Source of the DNA: Salpingoeca rosetta
Taxonomy: Eukaryota; Protista; Choanoflagellata
Reading direction: 5' to 3'
Length of the DNA: 64,000 nucleotides
Assembly: GCA_033442325.1 (NCBI GenBank)
Contig: JAWQFM010000009.1
Coordinates: 1,049,729-1,113,728 of the forward strand
Below the pieces are notes generated by a model. That model saw nothing but the letters and a program-made list of their open reading frames with translations. It was not told the origin of the DNA and did not search any database. Shown here in pieces: positions 1 to 23,110 of the stretch. The translations under genes and the position numbers were made by a program. How positions within the stretch are numbered: position 1 is the first letter of the stretch; each line of letters begins with the position of its first letter.

Positions 1-4148
<4,148 letters not shown>

Positions 4149-4384
4149 GGCTGGCTGCCGTCAGCAGTGCAGGTGTTTTCCCCTCCAAGGAAAGCGAGAG
4201 GGAGCGCAGAGCGTCACAACCGAGTTGCTTGGGCAAGGCGGCCGGTGTTGCTGTTGCTGGTCGTGGGGTGTTGTGTTGGGGTGTGCTGGGCAGCAGCTGC
4301 TGCTGTTGTTGTTAGGGAAGCGAACATTTATGCTGTTGGGAACAGCCCACGAATCTGGAACGTGCTTCTCTCTTTGCGTGACTG

Positions 4385-4480
4385 ATGGGTGGCAGAGGTG
4401 GCAGTGGTCGTCGCCGCGATGGTGGCGGTGATCGCGATGGACGTCGGCAGCGGCTGGCTGCAGACAACGAAGAAGGTATG

Positions 4481-4541
<61 letters not shown>

Positions 4542-6639
4542 GTGTGTGTGAGTGTGTGTGTCTGCGTGTGTGTTTGATCGTGTGTCTGTGTGTGTGTTTG
4601 ATTGTGTTTGTGTGTGTGTGTGTGTTTGATTGTGTTTGTGTGTGTGCTTGTGTGTTTGCTTGTGTATGCACACACACACACACACACGTGTTTGATTGTG
4701 TTTGCTTGTGTGTTGCTAGTGGCTGGACCTGAGAACAACCCACAGTACTGTTGCGATGCATCAGCTCTTCTCATTGACACAACCATCTTCTGCATACACC
4801 ACAGACTTGTACAGGAAGCTGCCCAAGATCGTTGAGTCAAAACTCGAGGTGAGCTGGGCTTTTGGACACGCCGATCTTACATCATCTGCATCGTACACTG
4901 TACTGTCATTCAACCCACCCCGCTGAGGATTGAACATCGCAAACTGCACACACACACACACACACACAACGCATACACACATCCACACACGTGCATTCAC
5001 ACATGCACACGCGCCTCTGTGCGCCGTCTGCATGTCTCACCGTTGCGCCGTGATGTGGTCCTGTCTTGCCTGCAGTTGCCTCCAACACAAGCAGCTTTGC
5101 AGGATGAAGTCAGAACGCTGATGGAAGACCTCGTGAGCGCAACAGAGTCTAGAGCGGAAGCAGTCGTCAGATCAAAACTGGAAGCAAAGGTGAGGCAGCA
5201 ATCAATGGCGTGCATGTGATGTGTGATGCGTGACGCGTGTGTATTTGTGCACCTACTTGTCCATGCATACGAGTGTGCGGTGTGGCACAAACTCTTTTCC
5301 GCACACATTTCATGCTTGCACCGATCCCCTCCCCCTCCACTCTCCAACTCGCACGACCTCGTCACTCCACCCGTGTCTTGAAATGCAGGTGCTATTGCTG
5401 GACAATGTGATGGATGCGAAGAAACCGGCATTTGGCGAAGACGACGCAGAGACCACACCACAGCACCTTCAGCACACGCGGAAGACAAAGCCGAAGCAAG
5501 GGTTCTTTGAGCTTGAGCCAGAAGCACGAAAGTACGCCAACTTTGAACCGTTGCACGCGCTGTGGAAACAGTACATGCAACAGATTCTCAAGTACGACGA
5601 TGATAGGTGAGTGGAAAGCAAGAAACACTCGTGCGTGCGTGCGTGTGCATGTGTGTGCGTGTGTGTGTGGTGTGTGTGCATGTGTGTGTGCGTGCGTGTG
5701 CGTGTGCGTGTGCATGTGTGTGCGTGCGTGCGTGTGCGTGTGTGGGTGTATGCGTGCTGGAGTCACACGGCTGTTGTCGCGTCGCTCACGTTGTTGTTGT
5801 TGCTGCTGCTGTTGTTGTTCTTATACCCATGTTGCTCGCTGCCGTTGGCGTTCCATCGCGTCCGCCAATGGTTCTGTCGCCAACCCCATGCATGCTACCG
5901 CTGCTGCCGCTGCTCACGCCATGCTTGTGCGCTCCGTAGGTCAACGCCTGATGGCATGGGCCAAGCGCTCGTGAAAGCAGATTTCCACGGGTGCTGCATC
6001 ACAGTTGTCAAGTCACGCCGCCCAGGCTTGATTGGCCAGGCCGGCATTGTCATCCAGGAAACGGAGAACACATTCCGCATCATCAACAGAGCAAACACCA
6101 TCAAAGGTACACCTATGTGCGTGCGTGCGTGCGTGTCTGTCTGTCTGTCTGTCTGTTTGGGCGAGTGTGTGTTGATATGACTATGTGTGCGTTTGTGTGT
6201 GCGCCCGTTGATACCCTTGCTGCAGAAGTGCAATCCTGCTGTGATTATCTTTCCTTACTGGCTCAAACATGTTCGTATGCGCACGCGTACACTACCTTGT
6301 GTAGTGCTGCCCAAGTGCGACAGCATATTCTCCTTTGAACTGGGCAAGTACACATTCACCATCTTCGGAAACCACTTCAGGTGTGTGGCTTGGGCTGCGT
6401 TGCATGCTGTTTTGCGGCTTGGGTTGCGTTGCACACTGGTTTGCGGCGTGCAGTCCTTTACACGCTGTTTTGCGGCGTGGTATTTCTCACTCCCGCTTTC
6501 CATCTGTTGCATGGCTTTTCTCTCTTGCTCTCGCTCATGTACACGCACACCCACACCCACGCACACTATGTACCACAGATTGAAACCCGTTGATCGCGCT
6601 GCGCGCAAGTTCAAAGCAAAGGCCTCCATTGAGTTGTGA
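4385..6639 (+). CDS. POP4: Ribonuclease P/MRP protein subunit p29 (Rpp29), multi-exon
   Basis: Exons encode FEPLHALWKQYMQQIL, LVKADFHGCCITVVKSRRPGLIGQAGIVIQETENTFRII, VLPKCDSIFSFEL..FTIFGNHFR and LKPVDRAARKFKAKASIEL*, the characteristic Rpp29 C-terminal domain. First exon MGGRGG... starts at 4385 with a GTATGC donor; the small early exons are less certain. Confidence 0.9.
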
Positions 6640-6660
6640 TGTCAGCGCCAGTTACCATCT

Positions 6661-6704
<44 letters not shown>

Positions 6705-6804
6705 NNNNNNNNNNNNNNNNNNNNNNNNNNNNNNNNNNNNNNNNNNNNNNNNNNNNNNNNNNNNNNNNNNNNNNNNNNNNNNNNNNNNNNNNNNNNNNNN
6801 NNNN

Positions 6805-6863
<59 letters not shown>

Positions 6864-6908
6864 GTTGTTGTTGCTGCTGCTGTTGTTGTTGGTAACGACG
6901 GCAACCAG

Positions 6909-8368
6909 GAAAAGCTGGAGATCAAGGAGATCTTCTCGCTGTGTGACTTGGATGGAAGCGGCTCCATCGACTGGCACGAGCTCCGCGGTGGGCTCAGAGG
7001 TGCGTGTGTGTGTGTGCTCTCGTGCATGTGTGTGGATAATTTGTGTATGAATGAATGTCTGCGTGTGCGTGCGTGCGTGCGTGCGTGTGCGTGCGTGTGC
7101 GTGTGTGTGCGTGTGTGTGCGTGTGTGTGCGCGTGTGTGTGTGTGTGTGTGCTCGTGCATGTGTGTGGATAATTTGTGTATGAATGTGTGCGTGTGTGTG
7201 AATGTGTACCTGTTCATGATGCCTGTCCCCCAGCCATCACCCACTTCTTTCGCGCGTACGTGCTTGCTCGCCAGGGCTTGGATTCCCCGTCACCAAACGC
7301 GAGGCGCAAGAGATGATCACGCAAGCAGACTTGAATGGAGACGGGTATCGCAACGCAAACACAGCAAATGCAACTGTTGCATTGCGCTGCATTGCATTAC
7401 ATGGCATTGGTCACCGCGGTTGCTGCGTGCGATTGCTTCAATCGTTGGGCAAGTTTCAGCTTATTCATGAAGTGCATCTTTGTTCTGTGGTTCTTCATAG
7501 GCTCGTGGACTTGGACGAGTTCATCAGTATCGTCGAGCACCTGTCACGTTCAGAGGTCGACATTCGCCGAGAAATTATGCAGGTGAGTGAGTGAGTGAGT
7601 GAGTGAGGTGTGTGCGAACGTATGTATGTGTGAGTGAGTGAGTGAGTGAGTGAGGTGTGTGCGAACGTATGTATGTGTGTGTGTGTGTGTTAGTGCGTGT
7701 GTGAGTGTGTGTGCATGTATGTATGTCTGTGAGTGAGTGGGTGCGTGCGTGAGCGTGAGAGAGAGTGTGTATGTGTGTGTGTTAGTGCGAGTATGCATAT
7801 GAGCGAGTGATTTTGTTTGTGTGTGTGTGCGCGCGCATTTCTTTGATTGCGCTTGATTGAACGCTTTTCGCTTGACTGAACGTGTACAAGTCCGCGCTTG
7901 TATGTTATGCTCTGCAGCAACCTTGACCCTGTCGTTCCTGCCGTGTCACCCACCACACCCTCACACGCCACGATTTTGCTTCTTACCAAACACACAACGA
8001 ACAGGGCTTCAAACACTTTGATCGGGATGGAAAGGGCTACATCACCATGGATGACTTGGTTAAGCTGTGCAAAGCGGTAAACACCCACAAATCCCTGCAT
8101 CATGCCTACAAGCACTACCTTTACTAACACCCACACACTTCTCCCCCAATGCAATATGAAGATGATGTGTCATGCTGTCACACTCCACCACCGCCACCGC
8201 CACCACCACCCTGACCCACACTGCACCACCGCACCACGTCAGGTGGACGAGTACATTCCACGCGAAGAGCTGCGAGAGATGTTTGTGCTGGCGGACTTGG
8301 ATGGGAAGGGCAAGGTCACCAAGGATGAGTTTATCAAGATCATGCTCAAGACAAACCTCTTCCGATAA
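6909..8368 (+). CDS. Centrin/calmodulin-like four-EF-hand protein (N-terminus lost in gap 6705-6804)
   Basis: Five exons: EKLEIKEIFSLCDLDGSGSIDWHELRGGLR / GLGFPVTKREAQEMITQADLNGDG / LVDLDEFISIV...REIMQ / GFKHFDRDGKGYITMDDL / EELREMFVLADLDGKGKVTKDEFIKIMLKTNLFR*. GLGF and the C-terminal IMxKTxLF are centrin hallmarks. Confidence 0.85.
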
Positions 8369-8371
8369 TGT

Positions 8372-8455
<84 letters not shown>

Positions 8456-8925
8456 CGTTCATTTGTGTTCGTGTGTGTGTGTGTGTGTGTTCGTTCGTTC
8501 ATTTGTGTTCGTGCGTGTGTGTTCGTTCACTTGTGTGTTCTGACAACCCCACAATGCCCTTCTCTTCTCTTCATCCGGCTTTGCCTTCTTCTTCATCTTC
8601 TCCCCCCCCCTCTTCTCTTGCTTGACTTTCGAGCATCATGCCAGCACCTCCTTGTTGGCGCTGTAAGCGAAAAATCATAGCAGTATCATAGGCAGTACAC
8701 CCCCCCCCCTCTCTCTTCTCGTGCGCGTCAGCATTACCACTCTTTTGCCAGTGGCCTGGTCTGCTCTTGAAATGGCGGTGTATTTGACTCGTGCGTGTGC
8801 ATTGACATGGCCTGCCTTCTTGGGCGGCAGGCAAACAGGCAGGCAAGCAATACCCACACCACACCACAAAACGTGCCCAGATACACACCACACACCACAA
8901 CACACGTCAACACACGTGTCAATGC

Positions 8926-9329
8926 TCAGTCCTGCGTGGAATCCATGGCGTTGTCGTCATTGTCATTGTCGTCGTTGCTATCGTTGCCATCGTCGTCCCC
9001 TGCGTCTTCGCCTTGCGTATCAACACGTGCACCAGAGGAAGATGAGTTGGTGGTGGCGCTGCCGCCCTCCTGCTCGATGATGGCACGACACATGCCAAGC
9101 ACACCACCCCCGCGGGCAGCAGCGACCCCCGCGTCAACCCCAAACTGAGACATGACCGTGTCAAGCTCACCGGATTGCAGCGCAGACGTGAACGTTTGCA
9201 GGCTCTGATGTCGATGTTGCACGTGTGAACAAAACGCAGAAGCGGGTGGGTGGGGGCGTTCGTGAGGGATGGACAGGCAATAAATATGTAGACTGGCAAG
9301 GAGGGAGGCAAAAGCAGCTCAATCATGCT

Positions 9330-9380
<51 letters not shown>

Positions 9381-9826
9381 TGCACACATCTGCACACACA
9401 CACACACTCTCTCTCACATGCAGTCTCTGCCTCTGACGCATGCATGCACAATATCACGCACAGACCTGGATGTACTGGGGGCTGCGGATGTTGTTGAGAA
9501 TGTCTTCGCGCGTGGCCGTCTCTGCATTCGGGAGGAACGGCAGCAGGCGCGCAACAACCTCTGCAGCCGCAACGTGTGAAGTCAAGGGTTGGGAGGGGAG
9601 AGGAGGGGAGGACGTGGTGTGAACACTGACAGAAAATGCGCACAAGTTCACCCACACACACTCACACACTCACTCACACCCACACACACACGCAGCCACG
9701 AGGGGTCGTGAGGGTGGTGCTGCTGCTGAACGGACCGTCGTCGGCGAGAAGAATCTCGACGTTCTCTGGCGCGAGAATGTCCGTCAGGGACGCGCCCTCG
9801 CCCATGCCCTGCTGCTCCACTGCACA

Positions 9827-9872
<46 letters not shown>

Positions 9873-9942
9873 TGTACGACACAGCGTGTCAAAGTGAACC
9901 ATGCAATGGTGTCAACAAGCACCGACAGCACACACAGCACAC

Positions 9943-9983
<41 letters not shown>

Positions 9984-11311
9984 AGTGAAACGTACTTTCG
10001 GCAGCAAGGCCTCGAATGAGACCCTCCGTTGCCAAGTCCCCATGCTGCTGCTGGCCCTCGCTCTGGCTGCCCTCTCCACCCTGCTGCTGCTGCTGCGTGG
10101 TGTCTGCTGGTGGTGTCTCCGGCTCTGCTGCGCGCGTGGTGGGCGGTGCCGGGGAGCTGGTGCTTCCTTGCTGCTGCTGCTGCTGCTGCGTGCGCTGCTG
10201 CTGGGAGGACGACTGACGGGCCTGGGGCGGCGCCTGCAGCCCCATCATCTGCTGCAGGAGCTCGGGCGGGATGTTCATGCCGCCGTTGTTTCCGCCCATG
10301 CCGGGCAGGCCGCCAGAGAGCAGCTGCAATGAAATAGTAGGGGGACAGCAAGCAGCATAGCACCAGAGTAGGGAGTAGGGACAAGGGACAAGGGAAACCA
10401 GGGGAGATGTTCGTGGTGAGGGAGGGAGAATTTATGGCATGCGGACTGTCATGTTTTGGGCATTGCAAGCTGATGGAGTCACAGCACGTGCAGTTGAGGC
10501 TGTGTCAATACATATATGCACAAGGGAGTCACAATGTCATGAAACACGAGGAAAGCAGCCAGCACAAAAGACACAACCAAGCATAGCAAACAGAGAAACC
10601 GAAACAGAGCAACCAACCCAAAGCTCTCATCAACACATGCACACGCACATACCTGCATCATGGCGTTGGCCTGGCTGTTGCCACCATTTCCACCGCTGTT
10701 GTCGGCTGCACAGGCACGTGGAGTTGCGAGTGTTGTCACAGTCGGTTATTTCACGAATGCCACGAAATGCGGATACAAGAGAACGCAGCAACGCAGTAAG
10801 TCAGCAGGGGGAGGGGGCGGCACGTCGATCCATACGTTCACGCTGACACGACGCACCAAAGTCTTCGAGGCTGCCGGTGACAAGGTTTTCGTCGCTCATG
10901 ATGGTGTTGAGACGCTCTGCGCGGTCCTTATCAAGGTCTGCGTTGGGCTCCTGCATCCAAAAGAAGTGGCGCTCATCAGACATCTTCAAGTAGTACACGC
11001 GAGAGCCCTCTGGTGCAGACTTGCACTTGTAGAATTTCTGGTTGCCTGGGAGCACAATGATCTCCTGTCAGTTATGTGCATGGGTGTGCGTGAGGTGTGA
11101 GAATGCGCGGGAGTGCGTGTGTGTTGTTGTTGTGGTGTGTGTGTGTGTTGTGGTGAATGTGTGTCTGAGTGTTGGCATGTGATTTGATTGATGGCACTAG
11201 AGAGGAGGGATGTCAACAAACACGAGAAAGCCAACAACAACAAGGCGCAACCCGGATGCGAGCAACTCAGCAAGAAACCCGGATGCAAGCAAGCAAATAA
11301 ACAAGCAAACA

Positions 11312-11400
<89 letters not shown>

Positions 11401-11640
11401 GTCTTCGACGACACCCGTTGTGCGGTTCTTCCAGCAGAGGACGGGGAGGTTGGTGTCGTCCTTGGCCAGGTACAGGACGCCCTTGGCCTCCAGCGGCGTG
11501 ACGCGGTTGCCCTCAATCTTCATGCGGCCCGCACGGAAGGCGATGGGCGAGTTGGCTGGTGCGCCAGGGGCAGACCACTTGCGCTGGCCTTGCTGCCCTT
11601 GTCCGGCACCCTGGGCTGGCTCAGGTCGAAACAGAGACAT
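8926..11640 (-). CDS. ADRM1: Proteasomal ubiquitin receptor Rpn13/ADRM1, 7 exons
   Basis: PRU domain (FRAGRMKIEGNRVTPLEAKGVLYL...CWKNRTTGVVED, RVYYLKMSDERHFFWMQEP), Gly/Gln-rich linker, and DEUBAD/UCH37-binding region (SLTDILAPE, RLLPFLP, IRSPQYIQSLQTFTSALQSGELDTVMSQFG). Confidence 0.93.
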
Positions 11641-11870
11641 GGTGAGCGGCTTTGCTTGCTTGCTTGGTGCAGACTGTGATGATGGCTTGTGTCAGCTGAA
11701 AGATGGACGGAGAAGTGTGCTTGTTGTATTTTGTTGTTGTCGATGGAAAAAAGTGCGGTTGGCTGCAGCAACGGCACCAATGTCCTATTTAGAGGACACT
11801 GGCCTAGCCATTAATGTGAAGGAAAGCAAAAGAGGACAAGCAGCAGCGACGACAAGCGAAGATGAGGAGC

Positions 11871-17743
<5,873 letters not shown>

Positions 17744-18016
17744 CATGAATTTGGACGTGAATGCGAGTTGAGTTTGCGTGAACAATGCGTTTGTTGGCGG
17801 TCATAATCGATGGTGATTGCGCTCGTGAGCTGCTCGCCGGCCAACTGTGTCTGGATTGTAATTGAACACGGGGGTGACAGCAGGTCATCTCATGTACATA
17901 CGCTGCTTTGCATCGATAACTTCAAGCACTCTTTGATTAAAAAATTACATCATTAAACATCACAATCGAACTGCGACGCAACAAGAAAGCAAGCAAGACA
18001 CCCACACATGAATGCT

Positions 18017-18097
<81 letters not shown>

Positions 18098-18100
18098 CGT

Positions 18101-18568
18101 CTATGCTGAGGAAGGGGAAGCAAACATTTGCTTGTACATGCGTTTTGCGCGCTCGTCTGAGCGGGTCAGCGCAGCATCAATCTTGCTCCGTAATGCCTTT
18201 GCGCTCTGGTGTGATCGTGCGAGTGAAGACGCATGTCAATGTGTCCGCGTGTATGTAAACACATGCGTGGCTGTCCTCTTTCCAGCATATCTGAACACCA
18301 CACACACACACACACACATACACACACACACACACACACCACACCACCTTGTTGTGAGGGTCGAGAGCAAGTGCGCTGTCGATGCTGTGCTTTGCGTCGT
18401 CCAGCCTGTTCAGCCGCAGCTGTGCCGCCGCCCGATGATACCACGCCTTCACGTTTCCTTCGCTGCACTGCAGCGCCTGTGTGTGTGTGTGTGGGGGGGA
18501 GGTTGATGGGTTGAGAGGAGTGGGTGTGATGAGGTATTGGGGGTGCTGTGAGTGAAACAGACAGTGCG

Positions 18569-18618
<50 letters not shown>

Positions 18619-18701
18619 CAACAACAGCAACAACAACAACAACAACAACAACAACTTAAACAACAACTTAAACAACAACTTAAACAACAACAACAACAAC
18701 T

Positions 18702-18735
<34 letters not shown>

Positions 18736-19575
18736 CTTAAACAACAACAANNNNNNNNNNNNNNNNNNNNNNNNNNNNNNNNNNNNNNNNNNNNNNNNNN
18801 NNNNNNNNNNNNNNNNNNNNNNNNNNNNNNNNNNNNNNNNNNNNNNNNNNNNNNNNNNNNNNNNNNNNNNNNNNNNNNNNNNNNNNNNNNNNNNNNNNNN
18901 NNNNNNNNNNNNNNNNNNNNNNNNNNNNNNNNNNNNNNNNNNNNNNNNNNNNNNNNNNNNNNNNNNNNNNNNNNNNNNNNNNNNNNNNNNNNNNNNNNNN
19001 NNNNNNNNNNNNNNNNNNNNNNNNNNNNNNNNNNNNNNNNNNNNNNNNNNNNNNNNNNNNNNNNNNNNNNNNNNNNNNNNNNNNNNNNNNNNNNNNNNNN
19101 NNNNNNNNNNNNNNNNNNNNNNNNNNNNNNNNNNNNNNNNNNNNNNNNNNNNNNNNNNNNNNNNNNNNNNNNNNNNNNNNNNNNNNNNNNNNNNNNNNNN
19201 NNNNNNNNNNNNNNNNNNNNNNNNNNNNNNNNNNNNNNNNNNNNNNNNNNNNNNNNNNNNNNNNNNNNNNNNNNNNNNNNNNNNNNNNNNNNNNNNNNNN
19301 NNNNNNNNNNNNNNNNNNNNNNNNNNNNNNNNNNNNNNNNNNNNNNNNNNNNNNNNNNNNNNNNNNNNNNNNNNNNNNNNNNNNNNNNNNNNNNNNNNNN
19401 NNNNNNNNNNNNNNNNNNNNNNNNNNNNNNNNNNNNNNNNNNNNNNNNNNNNNNNNNNNNNNNNNNNNNNNNNNNNNNNNNNNNNNNNNNNNNNNNNNNN
19501 NNNNNNNNNNNNNNNNNNNNNNNNNNNNNNNNNNNNNNNNNNNNNNNNNNNNNNNNNNNNNNNNNNNNNNNNNNN

Positions 19576-19606
<31 letters not shown>

Positions 19607-19609
19607 GCA

Positions 19610-19642
<33 letters not shown>

Positions 19643-20082
19643 TCACACACACCTTGATGACTTGTTGGTGTCCAAGGGTGAAGGTGAGCGGATGCCCTTC
19701 TCCTTGAGACCGGTCTTCAAGGATGCGGTCTCCATGTCGCAGAACCTGGTGATGTGTGTTGTTGGTCGGTTGGTTGGTTGAAGAAGGTCGCCACGAGATG
19801 CAGACAGAGAGCAAGCTTGTGCAAGCGTGTGAACTTGTGCGGGAACAAGTGTGCATGAACGAGTGGTGCGTGCGTGAACTGTTCGTGCTCCAGATTGGGA
19901 CTGCCACCATCGCCGTAACTCACGTATGTGATGGTGACAGCGTCACCTGTCCTTGGCAGGATGGGCGTGATACCTGGCTGTCTCCGTCGTTTGAGCAAGT
20001 GGCCTGCGTCAGGCCCAATGTCAACCATCCCCTCAACACCACCACCACTGCTGCTGCCTGCATCCACATCCATCTCCATCAT
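18101..20082 (-). CDS. FKBP-type peptidyl-prolyl isomerase with TPR domain (middle exons in gap 18751-19575)
   Basis: PRTGDAVTITY and LTFTLGHQQVIK (FKBP domain); NVKAWYHRAAAQLRLNRLDDAKHSIDSALALDPHNK (TPR); final exon ...ERAKRMYKQMFASPSSA* resembles the C-terminal helix of FKBP4/5-type proteins. Confidence 0.8.
18572..18750. repeat. Compound (CAG)n(CAA)n/(AACTTAAAC) microsatellite at a contig edge, intronic
   Basis: Seen directly; precedes the N-gap. Confidence 0.9.
18751..19575. other. Assembly gap (others at 6705-6804, 21653-22131, 22908-23007, 50501-50600, 51401-51784)
   Basis: Runs of N, mostly flanked by microsatellites. Confidence 0.99.
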
Positions 20083-20157
20083 CACTGCACCACTGTCCGC
20101 CTTCTCTTCTCCTCTTCTTTGGCTTTTTTCTTCTTCTTCTTCTTCTTCTCTTCTTGT

Positions 20158-20188
<31 letters not shown>
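20083..20188. promoter_or_regulatory. Putative bidirectional promoter/5' UTR region between FKBP-TPR and UFL1
   Basis: Only about 106 bp separate the divergent predicted ATGs; the interval is a (TTC)n tract and (CAAG)n. Confidence 0.55.
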
Positions 20189-20397
20189 ATGGTGAGAGAG
20201 TGTGCTCTTGTTGGCGAGTGATTGGTTGGTGGTGCTCGTGTCCTGCCCGTCCTTGCCTGGCTGCCCAGAGCTCACACGCGTGGAACCACGATCACGGTCA
20301 TGACAGGTGTCCTTTGATGAGATCCGGCAGCTGCAAGAGGAGCTGGAGCAGGCCCAGAGTACGGCGGCCGCCACAAAGTGCGTGCATGTGTGTAAGT

Positions 20398-20446
<49 letters not shown>

Positions 20447-20461
20447 GGTGTGTGTGTGTGA

Positions 20462-20529
<68 letters not shown>

Positions 20530-21022
20530 CGTGAGGATGAATGTGAAAGACACACTTCACACACACACACATCACACACGCTCACAACAAACACAACACA
20601 ACACACAACATGCACACACATGCACGCACATTCACACAAATGCACTGCCTGGCAGGCTCTCGCGCCGCAACTGCGTGCAGATTGTGATGAAGCTGCAGGA
20701 GACGGGGTTAATTGAGCTGTACTACACGTTGGACGGCAAGGAGTACATCACGCCGCAACAACTTGAGCGCGAGATCCACGATGAGATTATCGTGCACAAC
20801 GGCCGCATCACCGTCACGGACTTACAAGAGCTGCTCAACGTGGACATCTCCCACATCGAGAGAAAGCTGCAGGCCGTCCTCAACAGTGACCATTCCCTCC
20901 ACCGTGTGCAGAGCGAGATTGTCAGCGAGTACGTTTGGATACGCGTGTGGATGTGGATATGTGTGTGTGTGTGTGCGTGTGCGTGGTTATGAATATGTGT
21001 GTGTGAATGTGTGTGTGGATGT

Positions 21023-21068
<46 letters not shown>

Positions 21069-21530
21069 GTGTGGATGTGGATATGTCTGCGTGTACGTGG
21101 TTGTGAATGCACCCAGTTGCCTACATGTTCATTCATGAGCCTTCAACTCACAAGTGGCCGTCCACCACCCCCATAGACTTGCCCTCGACAACATTGCGCT
21201 CGAGGCGAACCAGATTGTGCAGGATGCGGGCCGCGTGGAGCTCGGCCACCTCTGCAAACGCTTTGCGCTGCCCGTCGAGTTTCTCGTGCCCGTAAGTCAA
21301 GCGTGTGCGTATGTGTGTGTGTGCATGTGTGTGCTTGCGTGTGCTTGCATATGTGTGAGTGGGTTTGCGTGCGTGCGTGCGTGTGTGCATGCGTGCGTGC
21401 GTGCGTGCGTGCGTGTATGTGCGAAATGTGTGTGCGTGTGAAGGTGCCATTGAGTTCTTGTTATCTGTAACAGTTCAATCGGCCATGGTCACTGCATCGC
21501 CCAGCGTTCACACACGGTGAATATGTGTTT

Positions 21531-21618
<88 letters not shown>

Positions 21619-22342
21619 CACACATTTTGCACATATACGCGCGCACGCGCGCNNNNNNNNNNNNNNNNNNNNNNNNNNNNNNNNNNNNNNNNNNNNNNNN
21701 NNNNNNNNNNNNNNNNNNNNNNNNNNNNNNNNNNNNNNNNNNNNNNNNNNNNNNNNNNNNNNNNNNNNNNNNNNNNNNNNNNNNNNNNNNNNNNNNNNNN
21801 NNNNNNNNNNNNNNNNNNNNNNNNNNNNNNNNNNNNNNNNNNNNNNNNNNNNNNNNNNNNNNNNNNNNNNNNNNNNNNNNNNNNNNNNNNNNNNNNNNNN
21901 NNNNNNNNNNNNNNNNNNNNNNNNNNNNNNNNNNNNNNNNNNNNNNNNNNNNNNNNNNNNNNNNNNNNNNNNNNNNNNNNNNNNNNNNNNNNNNNNNNNN
22001 NNNNNNNNNNNNNNNNNNNNNNNNNNNNNNNNNNNNNNNNNNNNNNNNNNNNNNNNNNNNNNNNNNNNNNNNNNNNNNNNNNNNNNNNNNNNNNNNNNNN
22101 NNNNNNNNNNNNNNNNNNNNNNNNNNNNNNNTCTCCACCTTGCTTTGTTCGTGCGTGTGTATTACCCGTCCACATGCGTGTGAAAAGATGCACACCTTGC
22201 TTTTGCTGTGGTGTACCTAGCTCGCAGATACACGTGCACACATGCGCACACACACACACACGCACACACACACACACACACGCACACACACGCACGCACA
22301 CACACACATACATACACACACACACACACGTACTCACACACG

Positions 22343-22381
<39 letters not shown>

Positions 22382-22827
22382 ACGCACGCACGTACGCACG
22401 CACGCACGTACGCACGCACGCGTACTCACACACGCACATCCCCCCACACACACATGATTGCCTTCTCTACTCGTGCCACACCTGTCCCAACACAATCACC
22501 CGCCTCCTCCAACCCCCATCACCTCCTTCGTATGCAGCGTACCTGAGTGCGCTGGTGAGCAGCGGGCGACTGAAGGGCAGTACGGCAAACAGCATGTACT
22601 TCCCCGCCATCCACTCCCGTGCACAGGAACGCTGGATGGACAACTTCTTCGCAAGCAACGGCTACCTTGGTCAGTCTACCCTGCCATCCTGCCCCCCCCC
22701 CCCACCGCAAACACGTGCCGTCCGAAGAAAGAGAAGGGTGGTGGTGATGGAATGACATGACCCCTCTCTGTCAAAAAAGAGTGCGCACGTGCGTGTATGT
22801 ACGTGCGTGTATGTACGTGCGTGTATG

Positions 22828-22867
<40 letters not shown>

Positions 22868-23030
22868 CCTGTGTCACTACGTGTGTGTGTGTGTGTATGT
22901 ATGTGTGNNNNNNNNNNNNNNNNNNNNNNNNNNNNNNNNNNNNNNNNNNNNNNNNNNNNNNNNNNNNNNNNNNNNNNNNNNNNNNNNNNNNNNNNNNNNN
23001 NNNNNNNACACACACACGTACGTACGTACG

Positions 23031-23110
<80 letters not shown>

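Noticed and set aside
4849-5074. Intronic snoRNA candidates in non-repetitive intron segments (also 1800-1930, 36336-36531)
   Set aside because: No convincing sense-strand C (RTGATGA) plus D (CTGA) box pair with terminal stem, or H/ACA layout, could be identified by eye; an Infernal/Rfam scan would be needed.
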